A stretch of DNA of 64,000 bases. Origin: the human T2T-CHM13v2.0 reference genome, Homo sapiens. The translations under genes were made by a program, and so were the position numbers. Each line of letters begins with the position of its first letter. Positions within the stretch are counted from its first letter, which is position 1. This document shows, in pieces, positions 15,236-30,603 of the stretch. The DNA lies in the NCBI GenBank assembly GCA_009914755.4, contig CP068257.2, positions 24,320,001 through 24,384,000 of the forward strand, in the 5' to 3' direction. A model generated the notes under the pieces. It worked only from the letters and a program-made list of their open reading frames with translations, was not told the DNA's origin and searched no databases.

Positions 15236-16791
15236 TAGGAAATCAATGCTTCCTGCTCTCAACTTTGATGTTCACCTGGATTTCCCTGAGAGAAGTTCAC
15301 TCATTAACCTGATACAAAAAGTAAAAGTCTGCACCTCTGTATGTTGTTCAAAGAAAATATTAACTTCCTACCACCTACAGCTGCCTTTTCAAGTGTATGA
15401 CAAGTAGAATTTGTTTGAAGTGCAACTCTGAACTAGGTAAAATGAAGAAAGATCAAGGAAACAAAATATTGGTTTGGTGCCAGATGTGTACTTGCATACT
15501 CTGTGTACTCCCAAAGCATGAGAAAACTTGATTACTGTATTATAAGAGCCTGTTTTTTGTAGGTACTTAGCCTTAAGGAATAGACTCTTCTAACATACTT
15601 CAAGATGGGAAAGAAAAAGAGGCTTGGAATAAATAACTATAGATAGAAGACTTCTATGAGACAATACTATATCAAATCACCATGTGGGTTCCTAATTACA
15701 GATTTTATTGTCCATTGGCATTCATTCTTTGTATATGATAGGCAATTAGCTTCTTCTTGTTGTTTTTGTAAAACCATGGAGGAAACAAGATGGAATAAAT
15801 ATTTCATTACACTTGAAAAGCATATCAAAAATAATCTCAAGGTTCACAGCAAAATTGGGACAAATGCCCTGCTGCAATGAACAAGAATAGAACATGGAAG
15901 AAAAGAAACATATTGTCCCATCTGCTTTGGTGCTTCTACCAAGTTAATAAAGGGAACCTGTGGGCAAGGGGGAAATGGAAGACCATCTTTGCTTTATAGA
16001 TGAGATAAGCCTTGCAATATAAATATTTCAATTTCCTGCTTTGGGAATGTTCACAGTGGTGGTACTCTACCAACAATTCTTCAAGCAAGGAATCTCAAAA
16101 TTAGTTTGAGATAGAAGTTCAATGTTCTACTGCAATGTGAGAACTGATTTCCCATATTACATTTACATTTTTTCCATTTTACCTCATACACTTTAAGAAA
16201 CTGGACTTTAAGCTTTAAGCTGGGGGAATCCATGAAATAATTAAAGAGATTTATTTAGCTAATGAGTTGCAAATAAGCATTACTATAGAAATTAACTCAC
16301 ATTTTGATTTTCAGAACAATTTAACAATATCCTATACCCCCACAAATAAACAAATCACCTGCACCATCCCACTAAGACTCTACTGCAAATGAATACACAC
16401 TATATGTAGGCTGACCATCTCCCTGTGAACAGTGAATTTCACTGTGGGACTGATAACAAGTAGCATTACTGCTGACCCTGTATTAAGAGCTTTACAAAAT
16501 CTATCTAATTTAATTGATTCCTCACAACAGCTTGTGAGATTAGCCAGGGCCATCCCATTTTACGAACCAGGTTAAGGTACCAGCTCGAGGCTATGCAGGT
16601 AAAAAAGGGAGAGGGAAGAATATAAACCAAGATCTCTGTGGCTCTAAAGATCATGTTTTTGTACCCTGTGGTACCCAATTTTTTATTATAAAATAAAAAA
16701 TTCATTAGGTGAGCTAAGTTTATTTATATTTAGTGACAGGAGAAAGGGGCGCTCTTAAAATGTTGCTGCTTATCTTAAAAATAAAAACCTA

Positions 16792-17083
16792 GGCCAGGCA
16801 CAGTGGCTCATGCCTATAATCCCAGCACTTTGGGAGGCCCAGGCGGGTGGATCACAAGGTCAGGAGATCGAGACCATCCTGGCCAACATGGTGAAACCCT
16901 GTCTCTACTAAAAATACAAAAATTAGCTCGGCGTGGTGGCACGTGCCTGTAATCCCAGTTACTGGGGAGGCTGAGGCAGGAGAATCGCTTGAACCAGGGA
17001 GTTGGAGGTTGCAGTGAGTCTAGATTGTGCCACTGCACTCCAGCTGGGTGACAGAGCAAGACTCCATCTCCAAAAAAGAAAAG
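16792..17083 (+). mobile_element. Alu SINE flanked by a 13-bp target-site duplication, aaataaaaaccta.
   Basis: It begins ggccaggcacagtggctcatgcctataatcccagcactttgggaggcc and ends ...gcaagactccatctccaaaaaagaaaag. The duplicated flank lies at 16779-16791 and again after the tail. Confidence 0.92.
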
Positions 17084-18789
17084 AAATAAAAACCTATGAG
17101 TTGGGTCAGCTTTCAATTTGAAGGACTTCATTTTAAGCATATACTAAAAGTAGTAAGTTTATAAGTAATAAAAGTGCTCACACATGGTTCAGCTGTAGAT
17201 TTCTATTGACTAGATGCTAGTCACGACATATAGCAACAAAAATCTACAGGTTTAGCAACAAAAATCTACAGGTTTAGAGTTATACTCCACAATGGCAACA
17301 ACAAACCAAAATATGAAAAAATTCCAAAATCCTCTGTATTTGTAAGAAAACATATAACAAAAACTACAATAAAACTTAATTTAAAAAACCGCACAATTTT
17401 TAAAATTTAAAATTCTCAGGACCTGGCCCTTGCAGTGGCTCTATGGATTCTTATAAAGCAATTTTCCACTGCAGGCACAAAGGTATCAATTTCATTTGGA
17501 TTTATCAATCTTCAAAGACTTGGCTGTTTCATGCAGAGAAAATGACTACTACTAAGTAGAGATTTAAGAGGCAGGCAAGTTTAAAGTTGAAAAGTCCCTA
17601 GATTTCAGCACCACAGACTATGAAGATACATATTGATTTCAGGTGTCTCACATTCCTATGACCACTGGAATCTAGTAGACAACATTCTCTGCTCTGGGAC
17701 AACATCTCTTAGGTTATATCAGATATATCTGATGACTAAAAGATGAACAAAATCTACAAAATCATGAACTAAGTCACAAGTTACACAGATGTGCTAAAAG
17801 TTAAATTATTATTTTAAAGAAGACCTGTCACATCTAAAACTAACAGAGAATTTGAAATAAGTTTTCTTAATAAGGTCAAAAATGAACAAGATATACTAGG
17901 AGAAAAAATCCAGGATTAAAAAAACACAAAATTAAAAAAAAAATGACTAAGTGGGTCCAAGAATGAAATGCAAGGTTAGCAAGACTTACATGAACTTAGA
18001 GGTACTACAAGGATTTTACTATCCAGCTGGAAAGATAATGCAGGTGTGTCCAGAAATCACTAACAAAACCGGGGAGCAAATATTTAGAATTAAATGAAAG
18101 GTAAGAGCAATGACTGCCTGTCTCATTCTGAGTATGAAGTGGGGTGTAAGGAATGGGTGAGATGTGTCAGCGTGAAGAAGAGTGGGAGGGCATTTCCAGA
18201 AGAACTCAATGCCAAGGGCAAAGGGAAGCCCAAGATGAGATGAACAGACGATGAGCAGAGTGGCCTGATCAGAACAGCAGCTTAACGCTGTACAGAAAGC
18301 AAGGGTAGCAGTTGAGAAGGAAGAGGTGGTAGGAAGACCAGAGTCAGGGTACAGTGGTAGGCGCTGAAAATGACAAGCTGAGCATTCGGTGTTTATTTTT
18401 GTCATTGTTCTTTTTTTACGACTTCATGTGCCCAGAAGTGGATTTGTGAGGGCACAGGAAGCCTCTGAAAGCTTCATAAAGAAGGGAGATAGGATGTAAA
18501 TTCAAATGAGGACATTTCAGTGGCAATAAGTATGATTCATAGTCCTCCAATGCTTTCCGAACAGTGCCTGTGTCTTTCCTAAGGAAAGATCTGATTTTCT
18601 TGGCATCAGGTGAAAACTTAATAATTCCCTGTGGCTAGCTTTCTAGTTCAATTAGCTGTTAGGTTTTCATCGTGGGCAGCCACTAGAACTGCACATTATA
18701 TTCCAGAGCCAAAAGTACTGTGATTATAAGGCTTTTTTCCTCTTTATGTTATTATACCAAAGTAGATCCAAGTATTGTTATTCATCTTA

Positions 18790-18833
18790 AGGCAAAACAA
18801 ACAAACAAAAAAACAAAACAAACAAACAAAAAA
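18790..18833. repeat. (CAAA)n microsatellite.
   Basis: It reads caaaacaaacaaacaaaaaaacaaaacaaacaaacaaaaaac. Confidence 0.9.
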
Positions 18834-20361
18834 CAGTACCTGTGTTGTACCTTTCTAGATAAACTATTAGTTTTATGTTTTCAAGGGTAGATTTTCTTAT
18901 TATTCAGGTGAGGCCAAGAGGTCAGGAGATGATTATCATGGAAAAGACAGTTTGTTACTCAGCTCCCAAGAAGCCGGTACATGCCACTACATGCAGGGTC
19001 ATATGGGAAGCACCAGGGTTGGTCAGGAGGGGAAAACATGAGCAAGAGCCTTTTATTGTGGTTTTCATGGAAAGAATGAGCGAAGCAGGGTAGGCGGGTT
19101 TAGGACTGATTAGTTCAAATAATGGTGATGGGGCATGAGGTTGTCCCTAGTGGTCTGGTACCTGGTCCTGGGGTGATTAGAGCAGGTGAATAGTGGCCCA
19201 GAGTATAAGAAGGTGGTTGGGAGTAAGGAGCTTTTGATTGACTGGTTTGCATGGGAAAGACATGCTCAGGGGCCATTCATTTGGCCCTGGGAGGGAGGAA
19301 TCTTCCTGGGGTCAGCAGGGACCCAGATCAGAAATTACAGGAAAGATTAATTGTCTACTAAAGACTGACTGTGATCTTAGAAAATACGCAGCAGTCTAAT
19401 TCATAAATTGCATTTAATGTCTCTCAAGAGATTAAGCATCTGTGCTAAGACAAAAATTTCTCCTATCTTCTGATATTTGCCACAGAATATTAACACTAAA
19501 AATGAATGGCTTACTTTAACCTGAGATCTTTATTCATTCACTTTTATGTCCTACTTCTTTTCCCCCCACATTCACTCCTAGGTTTGTAGACTACAAATCA
19601 GAAAAGTGACTGGAAAATAATAAGTCCATATTTGTTGATTGAATGAATGAATGAATGAGGAATCTGAGCAAGGGCTAAAATCCTCCATATTATCAAACTC
19701 CAATACAACATCCAGTGCCTGGTAGCAGACATAGCTTCAATTGTAGTTGATAGTATATATGGATTAGCCATGTTTTAGACATAAGTTATTTTTTAATTTG
19801 CTTAATTAAGGACCTGCTAAAAAAAAACAAACCAAACCAAAACAGGTTTTTTTTTTTTTTTTTTTTTTCAGCAAAGTATAATGAAAGGAGTACTGTACTA
19901 GGAGCAAGAAAGGCCTGGATTCTAAATGTTGTCTCTGGCTCACTGATTTTGCTTTGTGCTAAAATGGGAAGCCACTCTCTCGAACCTCTATTCCACTATG
20001 TATCACTTAGGAGACTAGATGAAATAATCACTATGGTTCAGCTCAGTTTTAAGTCTCTATGATTTTACAGACTGTAAACAATCGTAGGTTCACAATTATA
20101 ACAGTCTGGGATTTAATACAAAACCTCATCTTTACTAAAGAGCATTTTGATGGATTTTAATTTACAACATGTTGATTACAGGTACTACATATACACAGAA
20201 TAATAATGCCAAGTACCTTTCTTCGCCAGAGAGAATGTTACAGACATCATTTAATTTGTGCTTACAAAATCCAACTATACCTGGATCCTTCCTAGGCAGC
20301 ATGTTCACGGAGGATGCAAAAAACCCACAAACTGTGCCCACACAGTAAACATTTAAAATTA

Positions 20362-20700
<339 letters not shown>

Positions 20701-22686
20701 TTATTTCTCAGAACAGAGAATTTAGTAAAGCAGCGCATACAAGACGTTAATGCTGTTTAAGAGAACACCATGAGACACTGTGCAGCACAGTAAGGATGTC
20801 TTTCACCACTCCCAAGTACAGAATGAAGGAAAAATCTTTAAAATGGTCCATTTTGCAATTATAGCATTAGAGTTCTTTACGAAACAAGCATGCAAAGAGC
20901 AAAAACAGTTGGTGCTGAAGACATGTTTTTCCAAATCCCCATGCTTTCCTAAATTACTATTTTGCAATTTTGAAAGTAAATGATGATATCATCAATATCA
21001 TACACTAAGACTCCTGCAGAAACCACAGATATCTGTAATTAGCCTGTTGTAGAATAACGGCACCCCAGGGAAAAGGTAAATTGTATGATGTATTTTAGAT
21101 AACTGAATTACGAAGACAACCTTCATGAGACAGTATGGGAAACACTACAAAAGATATATAAACATCAATAAACACATTTTTGAATCACAAAAGGACTTTT
21201 CTGTCTTCATAAATTTGACAATAGTCAATGAATTCATTATGCTAGTTGTCAAAAAGAAAGTGATTTCTATTTTGAATTCAACTAATACTGCTAAGCAATA
21301 TTTGAATTGCAACATATACTGCTATATTATGTAACTCATGAGCCAAGTGAATTATAATACCTATACAAGCAATTTTCCAAAAGATTAGTGAGAATTCAGA
21401 GTATTTATGAGCTTAAAAGCAAAAAGAAAAAAGAATTTTGACTTAAGAGGAAGCATATTTAACATAAAAAACAAAATGAGACGTTTTCACTATCTTTTGA
21501 GATCAAATCAATTGTTTCATTCAAAAGGTTATTCAAATATCACCAATGTTCCAAGTATTCCTATTGAATTATTACCTGTGTATTACATTTGGGATATAAT
21601 ATCTCAAAGAGGACTTCAATGAGAAGAATTGATAGCTAAGTCATTTTGAAACTAAACTTGAAGTTAAATACGTTTTCTACATCCTTCAAGAAAATGTCTG
21701 GAATCTTAATCCAAAGTCTTCAAAGATATTAACTAAAACCGGAAGGCTGTTAAATAATTAAACAGTATCTTTCATTTTAAAAAGAAACATTCGTTTTGAT
21801 TTTTTCCCTCCACTTCAATCCTGATTAATAATCATTTTTCAAAAAATAAAAGCAGTTGAGTGTCTATCCAGATGTTGCTTTCAAGTGGAAGGAAGGAGGC
21901 AGGGCATATTCCTGGTGCCTTTACACAGCTGCCCCTGTCTTCTCTGTAGCAAATGAGGGAGTGGTGTTCCTTCTTACATTGGCAGCAACGGGGGAAGGAA
22001 GGAAGGAAGGAAAGAGTCATGTGGGGATTTGCAATTAAGCACATTTGGATTTGAATCCCATTTCTTTTTCAGATCAGCTGTGACCTGGGGCAGGAAACTT
22101 AAGCACTCCATGTTTCAATTTTTTTATCAAGTGGTGATAACATGCCGCAGGACATGATAGGAGAGCTGGGAAAATGAGATACCATACCACATGTAAGTCA
22201 TCCGGCAGAGAGGGTGACACACAGTGGAGCTCATACATGTTAGTGGCCTTCCCTCCTCCTCTGCTTAATACATCCTGTTCAAATCTCAGAGCTAATGCTA
22301 ACCACGGGAAAGTTCTGATACTTTTATTCAAAGCCACTGAAAATGTTTTGGTAGAAGAGTGCAATAATAAAGAAAAAAAAGAAAAGGACAAGTTTTAAAA
22401 TTTTAAAAATTGAGAAAAAGAAACAAAAGAAAATACAAACTAACAAAAAATAAATAAAATAGAACCACTGAAAATGAATTACACACAGGATCACAAAGTG
22501 CAACCTACAGGAAAAGCAGTATGTATTTTTCAAAAAATGTTAGGTGTAGCCCACATAAAAAAGGCCGAAAGTATCAAAAATAAGTAAATTGTTAATTTGT
22601 AAGATTGAAACAATAATTTTGAATATTAAGACCTTTTTGGAAAAAAGGTAAATGTTTTTCTCCATAGCTTCAAGCAAACCAATATG

Positions 22687-22832
22687 CAAGTATTTTTAAC
22701 TTAATCATTAAGTTAAAATGAATAAATGCTAAATACCACGTTCTTACTGACTTTAACTTAATGATTAAGTTAAAAATACTTGCATTTCAAGTTCCCAACT
22801 TGAAATGAACATGGTATTTAGCATTTAAAATG
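22687..22832. repeat. Inverted repeat with arms of roughly 30-55 bp around a spacer of about 10 bp. It could form a hairpin or be a MITE-like non-autonomous DNA-transposon relic.
   Basis: The left arm is caagtatttttaacttaatcattaagttaaaatgaataaatgctaaataccacgtt. Its reverse complement recurs as ttaacttaatgattaagttaaaaatacttg..aacatggtatttagcatttaaaatg at 22755-22832. Confidence 0.6.
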
Positions 22833-23394
22833 TGCTTCCCTAGCTTTAGTCATCTTCTCATCTTAACTGGTAGAGCTCAAATGAGAACAAGTTAAAGTAA
22901 AAGCAGAAAATAAAACAGTAACATTCTTTTGCATAGTCCAATCTGGCAGAATGACATGTTTAGGCAAACCATATTTTATGTTTGAAACAAATGAAAATGT
23001 ATAAATATTTGGGGTTATACCTGCTGATGAAGATAGTCATCTGGCTGTAACTGTTATAACCATAACATAAGCACCCCTTTGGAAAACTGGAATCATAAAA
23101 CTTACTATATAAGAAGGAAATTTTTTCAGCTCCTATGGTTTGCGAACACTGTCTACTGTATAAAGGAAAGAAGATAAACACTATAATCTGAATCACTATA
23201 ATCAGATTGGCCTAAGTAGAAATGCACTTAGCAACATAATAAGAGAATAACCATGGAACATGAATGTGAGGTATGTTTAATAGGACTGAGGATATTAAAA
23301 AGGATAAAAACCTTCTTTTTAGGCACGTGGAAATGAATATGAATACTATATTACCAACTTAATCCATTGAATCCAGAAATATTTCTGTGGTAAT

Positions 23395-23860
23395 TAATTT
23401 TCTGTGCCAACTTGATTGGGCCGCAAGGTGCCCAGATTAAACATTGTTTCTGAGTGTCTTTGTGAGGGTGCTTCTGGATGAGATTAGCATCGGAATTGGT
23501 GCACTCAGTAAAGTAAATCACCCTCCTCAACATGGGCAGGAATCACCCGATCTGCTGAGGGTCTGAAAACAAAAGGGCAGAGGATGGAGCAGTTCACCCT
23601 TTTTATTTCCTGGCTGCCTGAGTCAGGATATTGGTCTTCTCTTCTCCCTGGACTGAAATTTACACCATTGTCTTCCCTGGTTCTCAGGCCTTTAGATTTG
23701 GACTAAATCATACCACCAGCTCTCCTGGGTCTCCAACTTGCAGACAACAGATTGTGGGACTTAGCCTCCATAATTGTTGTGTGAGTCAATTCTGCAGAAT
23801 CAATCTCTTCCTATACATATATATCCTATTGGTCCTGTTTCTCTGGAGAACCCTGAGCAA
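23395..23860 (+). mobile_element. MaLR-type LTR (MST/MLT1-like).
   Basis: It reads tgccaacttgattgggccgcaaggtgcccagattaaacattgtttctgagtgtctttgtgagggtgcttctggatgagattagcat..ggtctccaacttgcagacaacagattgtgggacttagcctccataattgt..tatatcctattggtcctgtttctctggagaaccctgagcaatacaat. Confidence 0.55.
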
Positions 23861-24554
23861 TACAATTTCTCTTCAAGTAAATCTTTGTTAACAGTCCCAG
23901 TTATTTCCCATAGTTGAGGAAGCTGTGTCTCTTTTTATCTTTAACTCAAATTTTTCAGCCATTCATACAAACTCCCCATCTCAATTAGTGTGAGTGAAAT
24001 TATCCTATATTCATACCAACCAGCAAGCCAGATTACTGTCTAGTCAAGCAGAGAAGGATAGCATATGCTGATATTGTTAAATGAATTTAATAGTTCATTA
24101 CTACTGCTCTGCAGCTGGTGAGGATCCCGGAAGGAGAGAGCAATTTTAAGGTGGAGTATGTCCAGAGAGCTCAACTTCTATTTCGTGAATATCCTTATAT
24201 CCTAAAGAGATTAAATTCATAGGACTGACTACCATTTTGTGATTATGTCCACAGAAGGCCAGAGACACGTGTGCCCTATGTCCTCACCCATCAAGGTACT
24301 TCCTTTTGGGAAGGGAGTGGGGCTCAAGGAATGTCAGGATATGTCACAGGACACAGAGGAAACAGGAAGCTGTATATCAGCAGGTCACTGATATATTTAA
24401 GGTACTTAAAACACAGGTCACTGTAACCACTTAGAAAGTGGAAACAAACTGGCTTTAGGAGGGTTTATTTCTGGTTTTGCATTTTAAACTACCATAAAGC
24501 AGTTTATCCTGCTCACAGACCTCTGAGATTCCACGGAACCTCTGATAAAGGCTA

Positions 24555-24863
<309 letters not shown>

Positions 24864-26544
24864 AAGGCTAGGATTTCCATGTTGGCACTCCGTCTCAAAT
24901 AAATAAATAAATAAAGGCTAGGATTTCCATGTTGGCCAAATGATAACAGCCTCTTTTCATCAGAGCCCACCATGCTAGGCATGTTCTGTGTTCTCGTTTA
25001 ATACATGGGAAGAAAAAATTACCCTATTTTATTGCGTAGAGGCAAAACACTATCATTTAACATACCCATTTGCATCCCTAAACACACACAAATAAAGTCT
25101 GTTAAGATTGGGTAAGCCATAAAAAGGCTGTAAAGCTAATTTTTAGAGTAGTAAAGGGCCAATCCATCCACATGCTGGGGCACTGTAAAGGGTTTTTGTT
25201 GTTTTGTTTTGTTAATGAGCAGCACAACTTGGCAAAACAACCATATGCTTTGTTATGATGTCCGTTGGCTTGTTTTCTATGAAACAGCTGTTCCTGCCCC
25301 AAACACTATCTGGCAAATCCTTCAACAGAAGTTGGGTCATAAAGCAGGGATCAAGTGAAAGAGCCCATGGAGCTAGAATATGGAGGACGTTCTGGCCTTG
25401 GGTCCCTCCTTCAGCCTGCTCACTCATGCCTTCTGCAAGCAAGCTGGCTAGGTATGTTCCCCCCTCCACAAAAAACTAGACTTAAAACGAGACAAAACAC
25501 AGGGTTCAATATCCTTAGCTCTAGGTTTTGACCTCTAGATGCCTAGTCATTAGCAGCAATACCAACATCACATGCATAAGCTTTTAACTTTTTAAATGAC
25601 CTTTGTATTTTAGTCTCCTAACAGAGCCTTGAGGGGCATGGTAGGATATATAGGCTATTACCTCCCTTCCTTTTAATAGTGATCATGTGTATCTAAACAC
25701 TCATAACAAATGAAAAAATGTAACAGAAAAGCAGTTCTAATTCCTAGTACATCACTGCTTCAAGGTGAATATTTGCTTCCAAATATACAGTGGCATTTTG
25801 GATGACTAACGCCTTCTACATAAGCCACATCCTTATTCTTTGCCACCCTGGGAAGTCAGAGGTATCAAAGCAGCTGAGACAGCAGCTCTGACATGGACAA
25901 ACTATCCTGCCTTTAGTGCGCCTGTTCATTCTTTTATTCCTCCAGCCCACCAACATTGCAGCCCTTATTATATGTGAGGCACATGGGAGAAACCAATGAG
26001 AAAAACATGAAGGCCCTGATCCTGGTGGAATTATATTCTAGGGAAAGAAACAATTACCACAAGAATTTTTTAAAAGCCAGTAAGTCATATTGTTAATATG
26101 TGATTTGTATTATGGAGAAAAAGAGGAAAAAGAAAAACAGAGCAGAGTTCAGAAGGATCGGGAGAGCTGAGGGGAGAGGGGAAAGGTAGACCGCAGTAAG
26201 TGAGCGACCAGGCAGAGTCTTAAGTGAGGAGGTGACATTCAGATCTTCCCAGCTGGCTGCTGGAAGGACATGGCAGGCAGATGACAAAACTAGCACGGAA
26301 GCCCTAAGAGTTGAAGCTGGCTGGCAAATTCCACGAGACCCGCATGGCCAGAGCTAAAGAAGCAAGAGAGGAAGTAGTGGGAGAGGCAGGGAAGAAATGG
26401 GGGACATCATGTACAGCCTTAAAGCCACAGTAAGGATTCTGAGGGACCAGCGTGGGCTGTTTGAGGGGGAGTATATGTGATGGGGCGTTTTGTTGAAGGA
26501 TCACTCTGGCTGCTATGGGACAAAAGTAGAAGGAAGATCTTTTA

Positions 26545-26899
<355 letters not shown>

Positions 26900-29518
26900 T
26901 CACAGGAGGTTGTTGCCCTCAGCCCCCTTCCCACACGAGAAGGGTCAGATTCCCTTCTTTCTCTCACACCAAAATGCTGTATTACCTCAGGGAACTGAAT
27001 ATGAAAACGGGAGAAACTGCTTTCACATGTGCGTGAGGGCTCATTTCAATTTTAATACTGATACACGCATGCTTGTCACAATACTGCCACTTCACACTGT
27101 GATCTATTCTCAATACCTGCCAGAGCTCTGTTTTCTGGGGTGAAGTAACACAGGTTAGCTTTCAGTTTATTCATAAATGGCGATGCTGCACCCAACGTTC
27201 CTATCACAAAATGCTCCTCCATCACTGGGGCCAAGACACCAACGAAACATTTTCCATACCTGTGTTTCCTCTGAGAAAACTGTTAGCATTTGAAGGGAAG
27301 TTACTTTAAAACAGGGGAAAACCTGCTAATATCTTCAGGATGAGGCAGACGTCACTCTCCTAGCCTGTCTGAAGACTCCTTAGAGGATAATCCATTAAGT
27401 TGAACTGTACATGCACTGATTTCCCTCATTTTAGTTCTGATTTTGTAATCATTGCGGAGCACTCCATTTCATATTCATACTAATGTGGTACTTCACATTC
27501 ATATAAGAATGTGGGGTCAAAATTAAAGGCACTGTGAAAGATTGCCCCTATCATTTTGATATGCATTTGTTTCCTCAGGCTCTGGGGTGACCCATAATTT
27601 TACAGTCACAATGGACTCAGGACACAAAAGAAGAAATGACCCACCTTCAAACAGCAATGACCGTGGCCATCTCCAACAGGCCAGAAGGCTGAATGTTTCC
27701 CTAAACCAAGGCTTATGAATGGCATTCAGTCGATATATTAATATTAGATTCTAACAAGAAAATTGGGTTAGTCTCCTTTCATCAGCAGAAAAGCAATTTA
27801 TCTCTACAGCCTTGGTAACAGAAGATTAAAACAAATTAAGACCTATATAAATCATTGCCTTATCATTGAAAATGCTATTTGATACCGACCCAGCAATGTT
27901 GTCATTTGAGATGGCTATAATTTAGGAAAGGAGACAAGGAGGATCATTTATATATGAGTGAAATATAAACTTGTTAGCGTTCATGTGAAACTTTAATCTT
28001 GAAACATGGCAGAGCTTTCCGAGTGCCATGCTTATTATAACTTAAAAAAAAAGTGTCTCTAAAAAAAAAAAAAGTGTCTCTCCATTTTCCTAATTTCAAA
28101 AATAGTTAAAACTCCTAACGCATTCTACATTCAAATATTTATCCTAACCATTAAGTCCAAGATAGAGGAGCCATTTATAACAAGAAAATACAGTTTGTGA
28201 TCCTCCAGTGTAATACCAGACTCTCTTAAAAACAAAATAACAACAAAAGAAAAAACAAAGGCATTCTCCCCCTAATATGCCCTTGTATTACAATTTTATA
28301 GTCAGTGCAATCATAGTTGGTGGAGAACACTATCAATGCATCACATGGACATAAGGTAATAAAAATATAATCTATGATGTGTTTACTCTAGTCAAGCTAC
28401 ATTTCTTTTTTATGTCCATGGACACATACTGACATGGGAATTTTTTCAAATATATGAACTGAATGTGAAGGAACGAATGCTGGCATTATTTTTTTATTAA
28501 CATCTATTCTCTATTCAGCACATCACACTAAAACTTAAAAGCAACCTCAAGTTTGAATCTAAAAAATATATGTGAAGCAATAGCAATAACTGGCGTCCAG
28601 AATGGGTTAACCTTAGGTTATTGTTTTTTGTCAATTTGTCAGAAGCTATTCTTGACTTCGTTAATGGAGGCACATAAAGAAATAACCTGTCATAGCTGCT
28701 CAACACTCAATAGATGAGTTCGAAAAGTCAAAATCTTCAATATTGTCCAGTTTCATATAAACTGTAGCAGTAAAAGGAGATGGTACAGTTAACCTCTATG
28801 GAGGTCTTAAGGATAAAGCTGATTTCATTTTACCCCAGCCTTCCAGAGCAATCTTCTCCTACACTTCTATATTTACTTTATATTGTTATTTAACTCTACG
28901 ACATATCTGGGTCTCAACTCATTAATAAAATTATCAAGTTATTGAAAGCCAGTACTCAGATTCCTTTGCTGGTGTCTCTCAAAATACCTGGCCTCGCACA
29001 TCCTGGGCTCAAAAATAACTGCTGCACAGTTCACAACTGCAAAGATACGGAACCAACCTAAGTGCCCATCAACCAATGAGGGATAAAGAAAATGTGGTGT
29101 ATATATACCACGGAATACTAGTAGGCCAGAAAAACCACAAAATAAAAGTCTTTTGCAGCAACTTGGATGGAGCTGGAGGCCATTATTCTAAGTGAAGTAA
29201 TCAGGAATGGAAATACAGTATGTATTCCCTTATAAATTGGGAGCTAAGCTATGATTATGCAAAGGCATAGAGTGGCATAATGGACATTGGAGACTCAGAA
29301 TGAGGAAGAGTGGGAAGGAGGAGAGGGATAAAAAACTACGTATTGGGTACAATGTACACTACTCAGTGAATGGGGACACTAAACTCTCAGACATCACCAC
29401 TATACACTTCATCCCCGTAACTAAAAACCACTTGTATCCCCAAAGCTATTGGAAAAAAAATAAAAATAAAAATAAAAAAACCTGCTGTATTAAACCAAGG
29501 ATCAGCTTGCTGGCTACC

Positions 29519-29815
<297 letters not shown>

Positions 29816-30239
29816 TGCTGGCTACTTTTATAAAAGTAGTATTATCGGAACACAGCCTTGTCTATTTGTTTACTTATTGTCTATTGTTGCTTTCATGCTA
29901 CCACTGCATAGTTAAGTAGTTATGACAAACTGCATGATCTACAAAGCCTAAAATATCTATAATCTGGCCTTGTATGAAAAATATTTGCTGACCACTTTAT
30001 TAAACGATCCACTTACCCTCTTTTGGCAAATAGCTAAACAACAGAGCAGAGACATAATGAACATTCTTTTACCACAGGTAGAACATCTCTAATCTGAGAA
30101 TCTGAAATGCTCCAAAATCTGATAATTTTTGAGCACTGACATGACATCATGGTGGCTGGGATAGCAACACCTTTGTTCTCTCACAGTGCAACGTACAGAA
30201 ACTTTGTTTCATGAACAAAATTATCAAAAATACTGTATA

Positions 30240-30603
<364 letters not shown>

